From: the human T2T-CHM13v2.0 reference genome, Homo sapiens
Direction: 5' to 3' (one strand)
Length of the DNA stretch: 64,000 nucleotides
Assembly (NCBI RefSeq): GCF_009914755.1
Contig: NC_060935.1
Positions within the stretch are counted from its first letter, which is position 1, and every line of letters begins with the position of its first letter. Made by a program: the position numbers and the translations under genes. This document shows, one piece after another, positions 44,046 to 59,800 of the stretch. Below the pieces are notes generated by a model that was given only the letters and a program-made list of their open reading frames with translations, was not told the origin of the DNA and did not search any database.

Positions 44046-44140
44046 GCTGGGTGCGGTGGCTCACACCTGTAACCCCAGCACTTTGGGAGGCTGAAGCAGG
44101 CGGATGACTTGAGGTCAGGAGTTCGAGACCAGCCTGGCCA
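44046..44140 (+). mobile_element. Alu left-arm fragment, 3'-truncated, no tail
   Basis: gctgggtgcggtggctcac…accagcctggcca then unrelated sequence. Confidence 0.85.
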
Positions 44141-44742
44141 TAGTGGGTGTCTGAGGCAGAACAGCAGTTTGAACCAAACTTTTAGAGTGGAGATATTCTT
44201 CGAGGTCAGACTGGCTGCCTTAGCAACCTGAGACAGCACTGGCCTGCTGCAGGGGTTCCCAGACCTGGCAATGCAGAAGTCACAAGGGGAGTCTCAAAAT
44301 GACTCTTTCTCCCCACCCCAAGTCAGCTTCATCATATCTGCGGTAGGTCCTGGACATCTGTTTTTAAAGTTTCTCTTCTCCTTCTGGTCTTAGCCATTCG
44401 TCTATCAGGGAAGAGGAGCTTTTGTCTGCTCAGAATTGGTCCTGGCTACTGACTGTAAGGCTGATACTATAGGCAAGAACCTAGTGCTCCTGGTTTTCTT
44501 CCTTTACTTTTTTTGGAGTTGGGGAAGAAAGAACTATGTGGGAGGCTGGGCCCCAGTCTGGCAGGAGTTGGGCAGAGAGGTAAAGGCAAGAGTCTCTGGC
44601 ATGGAGCCTTCTGCAGAGAGGTGATGGTGAAGCTCTGGTCATGGGCAAAGGACAGAGCAGAGCAAAAGAAAGTTGGACATGAGCCCCATGCATCCCGCTG
44701 TGTCGCGATTCTCTCACACTGCCTCTGTTTTCAGAGAGAACG

Positions 44743-44790
44743 TGAGAGCAGGGATTCCATGAGAGCAGGGATTCCACGAGAGCAGGGATT
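44743..44790 (+). repeat. 17-bp tandem repeat x~2.8 (TGAGAGCAGGGATTCCA)
   Basis: Read directly from sequence. Confidence 0.9.
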
Positions 44791-45102
44791 TAAAAACAAT
44801 CTCTCATGGAAAAATTTTAAACCTAAAAGGAAATAGAAAGAATAGTGAAACCTCTGTGTTTCAACTCCTCACTTTGACAATTATCTACACCAGGCTGATC
44901 AGTTTCATCTGCTCCATCTTTATCCGGAACCCCCTCGTCAACCTCCATCGTTCTGAAGCAAATGAGGAAAAAATATCAGACTGGCCATTCTGAGCTCCTG
45001 TTTTACAGTCCAGCAGCCCCTATGCTGGCAATAAAAATAAGCTCTGAGGATGGGAAGAAGGGATCAAGGAAGACTCATCAGTTTACCTTTAATTCCAATT
45101 TT

Positions 45103-45249
45103 ATGTATTTATTATTATTTTTTTTAAATTTAAAGATGGGGATTTCTCTATGTTGCCCAGATTGGCCTTAAACTCCTGGACTCAAGTAATCCTCCCTCCT
45201 CAGCAATAGAAAATTTTGGGATTTCAGGCATGAGCTACAATGCCCAGCT
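45103..45249 (-). mobile_element. FLAM
   Basis: Diverged Alu monomer. Confidence 0.75.
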
Positions 45250-45260
45250 TAATTCCTGTC

Positions 45261-45570
45261 TTTTTTTCTATTTTTTATTTTTTTATTTTTTTTTTCTTTG
45301 AGACGGAGTCTCATTCTGTCGCCCAGGCTGGAGCGCAGTGGCGTGATCTCGGCTCACTGCAAGCTCCGCCTCCCAGGTTCACGCCATTCTCCTGCCTCAG
45401 CCTCCTGAGTAGCTGGGACTACAGGCGCCCGCCACCACGCCTGGCTAATTTTTTTTGTATTTTTAGTAGAGACGGGGTTTCACTGTGGTCTCGATCTCCT
45501 GACGTCGTGATCCGCCTGCCTCGGCCTCCCAAAGTGTTGGGATTACAGGCGTGAGTCACCGCGCCCGACC
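45261..45570 (-). mobile_element. AluY with 12-bp left-arm deletion (AluYd-type)
   Basis: Sense reads gagatcgagacca|cagtgaaacccc, lacking tcctggctaaca; TSD aattcct. Confidence 0.85.
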
Positions 45571-47304
45571 AATTCCTCTTTTAAACACAAAGAAGCAGTC
45601 ACTTATTTTGCCCCTTAAAATTGTCACCAAGTCTCCGTGCAACATATGCAGACTCTAACAAAGGGCAATGCAAAAGAAGCTCATCCCTGGATCAGTTAAA
45701 AATAAAAGGGCTGCAGTCTGTGCTTCCTAGAGTGTGTTCTGCATCCAGCAGCCTGATCCTAATGATAAACAAATAATATTCTACTCTGGGGGGCGGGTAA
45801 AGCTCTGGAGAGCAGAAATATGTGCACGGTTCAAGAGGCTTAGTGCAGTAGGCAGGAGCTGGGAGGCTTGGAGTCTGGGTGGTCTGCAAGTCACAGATTG
45901 TGGATGGAGACTGCTCTGGTTCCCCAACCCCCCTTCTCATGGAAATCCCTCTGTTCTGAGTCAGCAGCTCCCCTTCCCCTTGCTCTGCTCCCTTTATTCT
46001 GCTCCACTTCCATGCCCAATTATGGAGCAGAAAAACTAGAGGGGCAAAGGAAGGAGGGTGAAGGAAATTTGGAAAAACTCAAGTAGTCATACATATCCTT
46101 AAGCCAGTCAAGAAGAGGTGAGGCCGACGGCACTTGGGTGGGAGTGTACGCAAAGGGAAACGGCTGTCGAGAAGTCTGGGCATGACCGTGGCTGGGGAGT
46201 GGAGTCTCTGCTCAAGGCATGTCTTCTTTTGATCCCCATCCAAGGATTCCCAGTCCCTAAAGTGCCAAGAGGGCCTCAGCCAAGCGTGGACTCTTTTGTG
46301 CCTTTGTCATCGAGGTGTCATAAGCAACGCCACAGAAAGGTGCTAATAGCACAGTGCTTTTCAGACTGGGTTACTTCAGCCTCTTGGATTAGGGGAACTA
46401 CAGAAGATTTATGGAACACCTTGATGGGATTCAATTTTACCAAAGACTTTTTTTTCAGGGGGGATTGCTATTTTTAGTATTAAAATAATTGTGAGTATAT
46501 GATGAAATAGAATGTAAAATTTTAATGAATTTATGAAGATAAACACAAGAATTTAAAGACGTGTCCCAATTCTAGTGGCCTATTTAAAGAGGTATTTTCT
46601 TTCTCCCGTCCTTAGGAGTATTTGGGGAGAATGTGACGGGAGCTGCCCGATGTTCCCGGGGATCGATGAGCTGTTAGGGTTCTGGGATCTCCGCCCACCT
46701 GACTGGTCATCTCTTATTTCCTGTCAGCCCGTGAGGCTGGCTATTTCATGGTCTCCTGGGATGGGCTCACCCTTTCCTTTCTCCAAGCTTTTGTCCAAAC
46801 AGTCACTTATGTTTGAGACAAGCTATCACCTTCTGACAACCACATCATGTCTCTTCTTCTCTTTACAATGAAATTGAAGGTCATTTTTTTCCCAGGAAGA
46901 TTTCTCCGACTAAGCTAGGAGAACTGACTCTCCAAAGAGAATCTATAAGAATACCAGGCTGGGATGCCAAAACTACATGCTGATACAAAGCATTTGCAAA
47001 GGTTTGTATAAAACTTATTGCACAAAACTGTCAAATGCCTGTCTTATTTAGTAATCATTAAAACCCCATGAATTATACAGGGCAAGGATTATTTATAATT
47101 CTCATCTACCAGCCAAGTGATGGAGCATGGCAGAGGTTAAGTAACTTGCCCAAAACCACACAACTAGGAAGTGGTTCTTTTGACTCTCTAAAGAAAAATT
47201 ATCCAAAACTTGGAAATAAAGGGGGAGAGTGACTGCGTGTTCTCTCAGTGTCACACTGGGGCACTGTTTAAAAACTCTTCTAAAGATTATTTAGTTCTGT
47301 AGGC

Positions 47305-47800
<496 letters not shown>

Positions 47801-48349
47801 CTCCAGGATAATAAATATCCCAACTGACCTTGTTATTTGCAATTAAGGGCTCAGCTCTGTGAAGTTGCCTGTTAACCTGTAGATATGGATCCGGTAGGGA
47901 AGCAAATGATTTCTGTCCATTAGCAAGTGTAATCTATACTTTTATTGCCCTGTGGAACATTAACTAGATTTGTCCCTGACTTTAAAAAACTTCCTGCGGT
48001 GCGCCTTTCCCTACGGGCTATAAAAACCCTGCTTCCTCAATTGCTCTTGGCGTCAGCTTTCCCATCTTACTGATTCCCTTTATGGATTAATAAATTAAAT
48101 GACATCTTTGACAAGTGCTCATTTTATTCTGGAAGAGAATTATGTTTTTAAGTCTTTTCGGGAAATTATGCTTTGAAAGCTTTGCATTCCAAGCTCCTTC
48201 CATCATATTATGCTACTGAAGTCGCACTTTTCTCTTCCATCTGCTGATCGGGAGCCCACGCCGAGTCTGTTTGCGCACTGATGTTTACGCATTTTAGGCA
48301 CAACTATTATTTTTGCTTGTCTTCTCACTCTTGGTATCCTGTAAATTCT

Positions 48350-50520
48350 TTTAAAATTGTATTTACTGATTTTTAAAAAGTGGATAATACATCCGCATGG
48401 TTCAAATTCAAAAGTTCAAAGGGTATATAGTGAAAATTTCGCTCCCATCACTATCCCAGGCACCCAGTTTTCTTCTCCAAGACAACATGTATGACTTCTA
48501 CCATTTAATTTTACATATACCTTCAAATATGTGTATATATTCTTTTTGTTTGTTTTTTTCTACAAATAGTAGAACGAATATTCATATCATTGTCCTGCAA
48601 CTTCCTCCTTTCACTTAACAATATATTCTGGAGGTTATTGAATTTTAGTGCATAAGGAACAAAAAACTGAAAAAAACCTCCCTCATTGTTTTACGGCTAT
48701 ATACTATTCCACTGGATAGGTTTACCATAATTTAACCATTATTTTATTTATGTGTGTGTATGATCTAAATGCCTCAAAGTGGATCTTATTAATAGATATT
48801 TAGTTGTTCACTATTGTTTGATATAATGAGCAATGATGCATTGAATAACTGTGTACATATATAGTTTTGCATGTGTGTATATGTATATATATACATATAT
48901 ATATACACACACATATAGATATATACATATATACATGAGATAAATGCCCAGAAATGAAATTGGTTGGTCAAAGAACATATACATTTATAATTTCTGACGT
49001 TTTTGAGAAATTACTCTCCAGCAAGGTTGTATCAATTTATTTCCACTTCTGCCGGGAATGTTCCAGAGCCCTTGCCAACACCACAACAGAGTGTATTTTG
49101 ACATTTTTCAACTTCGAGATGGGAGATGGTATCTCATAGTTTTTACTTGCATTTCTTTAGTTAATAATGAGATGAAGCTTTTAAAATATATTTGAGAATA
49201 ATTTCTTTTTCTGGGAACTGCCTTTTCATATCCACTGCCAATTTTTCTATTCGCTCACTAGTCTGTGATATAAGTGGTAAATATCATCTTCCCCTAGATT
49301 GTCTTTTTTAAAAAATAAAAAACTTTGTTTATGGTGGTTTTACTATGTGGACTTTTGTTTGATGCTGTCGAATTTGTCAATATTTCTTTCTATGGCTTCT
49401 AGTTTTCTGTCAGAGTTAGAAAGGTTTTCCCCAACTGGGATGATGAGAAAGAACCCTCCCAGGTTTCTTTTGGTAAGTTTATGGTCCCATGTTTCACATA
49501 TAAATCTTTGATTCATTTGGAGTTTATTCTGGTGTTAGATACAAAATATGATTTCAACTTTATTTTTTCCCAAATGGTTCCCATATTGTCCCTAAGCTGT
49601 CTATAAAATAATCTTTTTCCACAGATTGGAGATCTCAGCTTGATTATTCACTAATTTGCCATATGTACTTGTGTTTGTTTTTTAAGTTTTCTCCCCATGC
49701 CATGATCTGTCTGTTTATTGCATGAGTACTGTATGATTTATGTTAATGTAACTTTAGAATATATTTAGTATCTGGTAAGGCAAGTGCTCTCCTTATTATA
49801 TTTCTTTTCCTTTTTTTTTTTTCTTTTTGAGATGGAGTCTCGCTGTGTCACCCAGGCTGGAGTACAATGGCGCTGATCTCAGCTCACTGCAACCTCCGCC
49901 TCCTGAGTTCAAGGAATTTTCCTGCGTTAGCCTCCTAAGTAGCTGGGATTACAGGCGCACACCAACACACCTGGCTAATTTTTGTATTTTTAGTAGAGAT
50001 AGGGTTTTGCCATGTTGGCCAGGCTGGTCTTGAACTCCTGACCTCAGGTGATCTGCCCACCTCGGCCTCCCAGAGTGTTGGGATTACAGGTGTGAGCCAC
50101 CACGTCCCGCCCCTATTATATTTCTTTTAAAACATTTCCAGGACAAAACTTAATGTTTCTTTTTCCATGTCAACTCTAGAATCAGCTTGACTAGTTAAAA
50201 CAAAACAAAACAAAAAACAAATTGATATTTCATTGAGAGTGCATTGCATTTATGGATATGTTGGGGAGAATTGGCTTCCTAATAATGCTACACTTGGCTA
50301 CCAGAAATCATGATAAGCCTTTCCATTTAATCAAGTTTCCCATCTAGTTTAGTGGCAGCATTTTAATATTTTGATCATCTTGCATAACTCTTAAGTTTAT
50401 TACCAGGTATTGTTTGTATAAAATAGATGTTTCCTTTTATCTTTTTGTTGTTTTCATATATGAAAGTTACTGAATTCTGCGTGTAATTGTGTATGAGCCA
50501 GCTTATTGAGTTTCCTTGTC
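48350..50520 (-). mobile_element. Old L1M(E) segment with (TA/CA)n and an Alu insert
   Basis: AT-rich antisense L1 phrases (ttgattcatttggagtttatt, ctagaatcagcttg, cattgcatttat). Confidence 0.7.
49805..50111 (-). mobile_element. AluSx-like
   Basis: TSD tattatatttcttt. Confidence 0.9.
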
Positions 50521-50590
50521 CTGTTAACTCTAACACCCCACACAAAGTCCCACACCAAGTTCCTAACATAACTAATTGTTGACTGAGTGA

Positions 50591-50962
<372 letters not shown>

Positions 50963-51415
50963 TAAGGTTTCAAGACAGTTAATGCTGAGGGAGAAACAGG
51001 AAACACTGATTTCATCTATTGTTCCAGGATAAAGAGTAGATCATTAGCAATTTCTTCGCTCATTCTTAGGGATTTCTTTGAAAGTTGGCTTTTAGTGCCA
51101 GTGTTAGGGCTTCTGAATGGCTTGCTGAGATCTGCTCTGTGGTCTCAGGAATGACTTTTTTTTTTTTTTAACTTAAAAACCTAAAAAAATTACTTTGGGA
51201 GTGACTAGGTAAGGGAGGTTATCCTCATCTAACCAGAGATCCAGCCTGAATTTATGCACACCGGGGGGACAGAAGAATTGGGTATGGGAAAGAGCCGCTG
51301 TGCAACATTATTGAAGCTCCACGGAAGTTTCACAACAGGGATCCTTTTATGGGGTCAGATAGAGATCATGCTGTCTGTCTGAGATCAGATGGACCCATTA
51401 AAAAAACAATATTAA

Positions 51416-52330
<915 letters not shown>

Positions 52331-52497
52331 CCCCCCCCCCCACCCTCACCCTCCAATATTAGTCATTACTCTGTAAAGGTTCCAGAAAAAGTTTGTTACA
52401 TCCATTTTGGGTTTTCAATTTAGTATCATTGGAATTCGACTGGAATTCTAAAGGGTTAAAAGAAATCCTAGCATTTGACCTAAATACTCTTAGAAGG

Positions 52498-52519
52498 CTC
52501 TCTCTCTCTCTCTCTCTCT
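52498..52519. repeat. (CT)n microsatellite
   Basis: About 11 CT units. Confidence 0.9.
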
Positions 52520-53005
52520 GGCAATGTTTAACACCTCAGAATGAAAATACATGAGCTCATTGGAATTGCTAGAAAAGGGCACGGCAGTTTTTCACACTTC
52601 TTTTGCCAGCAAGATAGCACTTTAATTTGAGCCTGATTTTTTTCTCACCCTGGAGGGGAGATGGGGTTACTCGTTGGGGCTCTGGGGCCTCCATTCTGCC
52701 TGCTTCTTTGGTGGGTATTAGCATGAGAAAACACAAGAGTAGTTTGACTTCCTATATTTTTCCAATGTTGCCTGAGAATCTGGGGCTCAAATTGCAGCAT
52801 CAGGGAGTAAAATTATATGCCAGGGTCTCAAAGCCTTTGTCCATCACTTTCTCTCATCCTTATTCTTTATTAAAAGTCTTGCTAATTAAAAAAAAATCTA
52901 AGTTCAAAAGTTCAGATAAACTCCCTTAAGTCTGTGACCTGATTTTCTTCAGCTTGAATCGTGTTAGGTCCTGGATATGGAGTTTTTAGTTCTTCTTTAT
53001 GATTT

Positions 53006-53638
53006 TCTTAGAGGCATTTGAACCAGAGCAACTTCATTGTGGATAGCGGCTGGGTAAAATGAGGCTGAGACTTCCTGGGCTGCATTCCTAGGAGGTTAGG
53101 CATTCTTAGTCACAGGATGAGATAGGAGGTCAGCACAAGATACAGGTCATAAAGACCTTGATGATAAAGTGGGTTGCAGTAATGAAAGCCAGCCAAGACC
53201 CAAAACCAAGATGGCCATGAGAGAGACCTCTGGCCATCTTCACTGCTCATTATACGCTAATTATAATGCATTAGCATGCTAAAAGACACTCCCACCAACG
53301 CCATGACAGTTTATAGATGCCATGGTAACATCCGGAAGTTACCCTATGTGGTCTAAAAAGGGGAGGAACCCTCAGCTTCAGGAATTGCTCACCCCTTTCC
53401 CAGAAAACTCGTGAATAATCCACTCCTTGTTTAGCATATAATCAAGAAATAACTATAAGTATCCTTATAGCTTAAGCTTAAGCTGCTGCTCTGCTTATGG
53501 AGTAGCCACTGTTTTATTCCTTTATTTTCTTAATAAACTTGCTTTTGCTTTGCACTGTGGACTTGCCCCGAATTCTTTCTTGCACAAGATCCAAGAACCC
53601 TCTCTTGGGGTCTGGATCGGGACCCCTTTCCGGTAACA
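53006..53638 (+). mobile_element. MER41B solo LTR (ERV1)
   Basis: agaggcatttgaaccagagcaac…ggacccctttccggtaaca. Contains the MER41B segment carrying the tandem GAS positions; TSD attt/gttt. Confidence 0.9.
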
Positions 53639-54294
53639 GTTTCTGGAGACACAGTGCTGTGTCAGATGAGAGCATGACGAGGTGGGTATGTTTTCATCAG
53701 CTGATTGCTGCAAAGAAAAACTTGCCAACTAACTGGGTCTGGGTCACTCTCTACTATAGTAGCAGCATAATTGCAATCTGATCGGCTAACCAGAGATTCC
53801 TGGTCTGCTTATTTTTCCTGGGTTTATTTGCCTCGGTGCTCTGAGACATCCATGTTATGTCTTTCTGTTTATACTCTTCTTGACCGAAACCTTAGAATAT
53901 GAAGTAAGACGAAAGAAAGCCAGCTGGAGAAGCTGTCAGTTCAGCAGGTTTGGGCCATGGTCCCAAAAGACACTATTCCCTGAATCATGCCTGGTGTGAC
54001 CCATTTCCTTCTGTCTGCCTGCTGCTCCATCCTCTGTGCTTGAGGCCCGGCTCTGTCCTCCAGCCAACACCAGGACGACTGGGTGTGTGGACCCTGACCC
54101 TTACAACCTGACTCACCACAGCTCTGCAGGGTGCCCTGAGAGCCCACAAGGCTCTGGGTGCTGGGGAGACAAATATTTAAAAGACAGGCACCCTGGCCTT
54201 GAGGAACTCTCAGAGGTTTGCCCTCAGCTCCTTTATTTGAAAGAGTGAACTTAACTGGGGCTCCCACCTTTGAGGAAATCTTACCAAGAATTTA

Positions 54295-54555
<261 letters not shown>

Positions 54556-55105
54556 TTAGGCAAAAAATAGCCACCTGCAGGAGAAAAGACAGCTTCCTTC
54601 CCCTGCCTTCTCTGGTGAGAGAATCCTTTCAGCCCATTTCCTGATTCTCACTTATAATCATACCTGGGCGGTCTTGAAGTGTACTTGGGTATCATGCTAT
54701 TCTGGAAAGAGCCTGGGACTAGGAGGAGGCAGCTTTGGGATCTAATCCAAACCATTGTGTGACCTTGGGCAAATGCCTTAACTTTTCTATGGGATTAGTT
54801 TATTTGGGAAATTGCCTTCCCTACTTCATCAGGATATTGTGAAAAATCACTATGTATCTATATATGAGTGTGAATTTACATAGATGGAATAAAATATACG
54901 CAATACACACAATAAAATATACACATACACATAAATTTAAAATTTTCACAATAAATAGTTATCATTTATTGAGCAGCCCTTAGTTATTAGGCATTGTGTT
55001 AAGTCTTTTACATATGTTAGCTTGTAGTTACTCACAATATTCTTGCAAGACAGGTGATAGCAACCTCTCCTCGCTCCACTGCCTCCACCACACACTATAT
55101 TATAG

Positions 55106-55570
<465 letters not shown>

Positions 55571-56531
55571 TGAATCTTCTTTCGTATGGCTCCTTCTTCC
55601 CATATCTGGAAGATTGTTTTTGATTGCAACATAGGCCGTCAAGCTCCTAGACATCTTTAATCTGTTGTGGGCTTCTCACACTGTGTTCCATAGAAGAGCT
55701 ATGCAATTTAGGGGAATTCTGCCAGTGGCTTGACATCCCCAGCCTGGGGCTCATTTGGGTTTGGTTCATCGTCCAGCGTTCATGAACATTTCCATCTCAG
55801 CTCCTTACCCTCCTCTTTCCCCACTCTATGCCTCAGCACGATGAACTTTGCTCTGTTTCAAGTCCATGCCCCAGGCTTTCCCACGTTTCTGCTTTTGCTC
55901 AAATTCTTTGCTCCATTGCTCCATCTGGAATGCCCTTCTGTCTCCTTCTTTGCCAAATTTCTAAATATTACTTATCCTTATGGTCTTCTGTAAGGTCCTT
56001 TTTCTTCATGAAGCCTTTTCTAATCTGTTTAGCTGGAAATGGTTATAGGACATTCTTTATTTCCTTTTAGTGGAACATTCCTTATTTCTCCTTGTAAACG
56101 TATGCTTTCTGAAGGTTAAGTTCATGTCCAGTTCATATTTGAACTTCCAGTCTGTAATACATGTCTTTATATGTAATAGCCATGTGTTCATTTACTCAAC
56201 GAATAAATCAGTCAGTAAATGAGTGTATAAATCTTGAGGGAGTTCTGAATTGTGTGTGGTGTTAAAGATGTGCCAGGAGAATTGTACTTGTTTATTTATT
56301 AAGCACATACTGGGTTTAAGATCCTCTGCCAATATTTATTACACAATTTTTTTTGTCTTAGCATTTACGGTCTCTAATAAACAAATATGAATAACAAAGA
56401 AAAGAGCACACACCAAGAGAAATACATTAAACCAAATTTTAAAAAATGTGTTTTATGTGATGATGAAGGGAAGGGTAATTGTGAAAGAGACTGCAATTAG
56501 GAAAAAGAGTTCCAAGGTCTGACAAAGGGGA

Positions 56532-56888
56532 GTGCCATGGACTGAATGTTTATGTCTCCCCCAAATTTACCTGGTGAAATCCTAACCCCCAATGTGATGG
56601 TATTAAAAGGTGGGACTTTTGGGAGGTGAGAAGGTCATGAGGATGGAGCCCCTATGAATGGGATTAGTGCCCTTATAAAAGATAACCCAGAGAACCCTTT
56701 AGCCTTCTTTCCACCATGTGAGGAGACAAGGAGAAGACAGCAGTGAACAACCTGGAAGAGGGCCCTGACCATAGTGGCACCCTGATCTCGAACTTCCAGC
56801 TTCCAGAACTGTGAGAAATAAATTTCTGTTGTTCTTAAACCACCTAGTTTGTGGTACTTTGCTATAGCGGTCCAAACAGACTAAGACA
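56532..56888 (+). mobile_element. MLT1A-type MaLR LTR
   Basis: tgccatggactgaatg…aacagactaagaca. Confidence 0.85.
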
Positions 56889-57255
56889 AGGAGGGAAGAT
56901 TAAATGACTGAGAGAAAAATGGTGTTTGAACATGGATTGAGAAGCTACCAGATGACACTATACAAAACATACATTTGTTTTCTAAGACCCTCTATGTTTT
57001 ATAGGACATCTACTCAACCTATAAACATCTACTGAGAAAGCACCTTGAACTAGAGGTTGGGGTTACAAAGGTCAAAATGGCCCACTTCCCGCCCTTGCAT
57101 TCTGCAGAAGTTTGTTTCGGAATGCTCTGGGAGGAGAGAGGGAGAACTCTTAGTGTGCAGGGAGGTCTCACAGAGGTGATGACCCTCAACCAAGGCCTGA
57201 GGAAGCAGTGTGGTGTGAAGTTTCAGAGTATAGACTCTAGAGTCAGACAGGAGGC

Positions 57256-57635
57256 TGATATGGTTTGGATTTGTGTTCCCACCCAAATCTCATGTTGAAT
57301 TGTCATTCCCAATGTTGAAGGAGGGGCCTGGTGGGAGGTCATTGGATCATGGGGGCAGATTTCCCCTTTCCTGTTCTCGAGATAGTGAGTTCTCATGAAA
57401 TCTGGTTGTTTAAAAGTGTGTAGCACCTCCCCTGTCTCTCTCTTCCTCCTGCTCCAGCCATGTAAGACATGCCTCCTTCCTCTTCACCTTCCGCCATGAT
57501 TGTAAGTTTCCTGAGGCCTTCCCAGCCATGATTCCTGTACAGCCTGCAGAACTGTGAGCCAATTAAACTTCTTTTCTTTATAAATTACCCAGTCTCAGGT
57601 AGTTCTTTATAGCAATGTGAGAACAGACTAATACA
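57256..57635 (+). mobile_element. MSTA MaLR LTR
   Basis: TGATATGGTTTGG…GACTAATACA; perfect 5-bp TSD GAGGC. Confidence 0.9.
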
Positions 57636-57678
57636 GAGGCAGACTGCTTGGACGGGATCTAATCCTGCCATTAACAAT

Positions 57679-58090
57679 TCCTATGGTTTGAATGTTTGTT
57701 TCCTCCTAAACTCATGTTGAAACTTAATCCCAATGTAGCAGTATTGAGAGTTGGGGCCTTCAAAAGTTGATTGGGTCATGAGGGTTCTGCCCACATGAGT
57801 AGAGTAATCCATTTATGGATTAATGGGTGAATGGGTTGTCATGGGAGTGGGACTGGTGGCGTTATAAGAGGAGAAAGAGAGACCTGAGCTAGTACACTCA
57901 GCCCCTTCACCACATAATGTCCAGCTCTATCTGGAGACACTGCAGGGTCCCCATCAGCAAGAGGGCCATCACTAGATGTGGCCCCTTGACCTTGGACTTC
58001 TCAGCCTCCATAACAGTAAGAAATAAGTTTCTTTATATATTACCCAGTTTCATGTATTCTGTTATAAGCAACAGAAAATGAACTAAGACA
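57679..58090 (+). mobile_element. MSTD-like MaLR LTR
   Basis: ctatggtttgaatg…gaactaagaca; TSD acaat/actat. Confidence 0.85.
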
Positions 58091-58264
58091 ACTATTAACA
58101 TAATTCTGACATGTAAGCAAGGCTCAGTCTCTTTCTCTGTAAAATGTGATAGTTATATTACCTATACACAGAGTTATGAAGATTAAATGAGAAAATCCCC
58201 AGCCTCTAGGTAGGACTGCCTCATCCCACACAAGACTGACTCTTCTTTCAAGATTCAAGTGAAT

Positions 58265-58557
<293 letters not shown>

Positions 58558-59369
58558 TCACTCAGAAGTTGACTCTGTTCATTTTTTGTTTCACCAAAAG
58601 TGATGGAAGGATGGGCTGGTTAAGCAGATAACTTTTCTCTAAAGAGTATTAAAGTTGAGCTAAAGGATTTTTTAAAGGTTGTGGATCCAGATCCCCAGAT
58701 TAGCACTTACATACAATGATAACTTATAGAAATATAAGACAGCCCAAGGCTGGCAATGAATAGGCTTATTTTCTAGCATGTTATTGGATGGGGAAGAGGA
58801 GACAGAGGACTCTTTATCCAGCTGCGGGGACTCTAAATTTGGCAGGTTAGTTCTGTGTGAGGAGGATGAGGGGCTCCTAAGAGAGTTTGTACCCTGTGCC
58901 ATTGATTATTGGAGAGTAGATCTTTCTTTCCCTGGTATTTTTTTCACTGGCATCCTATTGCAATGGAAGTATCTGACTGTTTATTATAGCACATATGAGC
59001 AGTGCCTTTAAAACTAGGGAGAATGCACCTATGTTTCCAATTTCCGTCTTCAGCAAAAATTGCTTTCATATAAACTTTATGGTACCAATTATATAAATTG
59101 TGCCTATATAAATAGTAGGGTTAAAAGCAGTTAGAGATTTAGAGATTATTAAAGTTATATTTTTGGGGGTGGAGTTGTATTTTCATTTAGTCATAATCTC
59201 CTGTTACAAATGAACATTTTGTATTTCATTGCTAAGATAAAATAATAGAAACAAAACAGCAGGACTGGAGAGAGAAATGAACAGAAAGAATCGATTGAGT
59301 GAGGAGGAAGTTGGGAAAGAGGGCAGCAAGTGGAGAAAGATTGGAAGGGAGAAGTGGGTAGAGAAAGGA

Positions 59370-59800
<431 letters not shown>

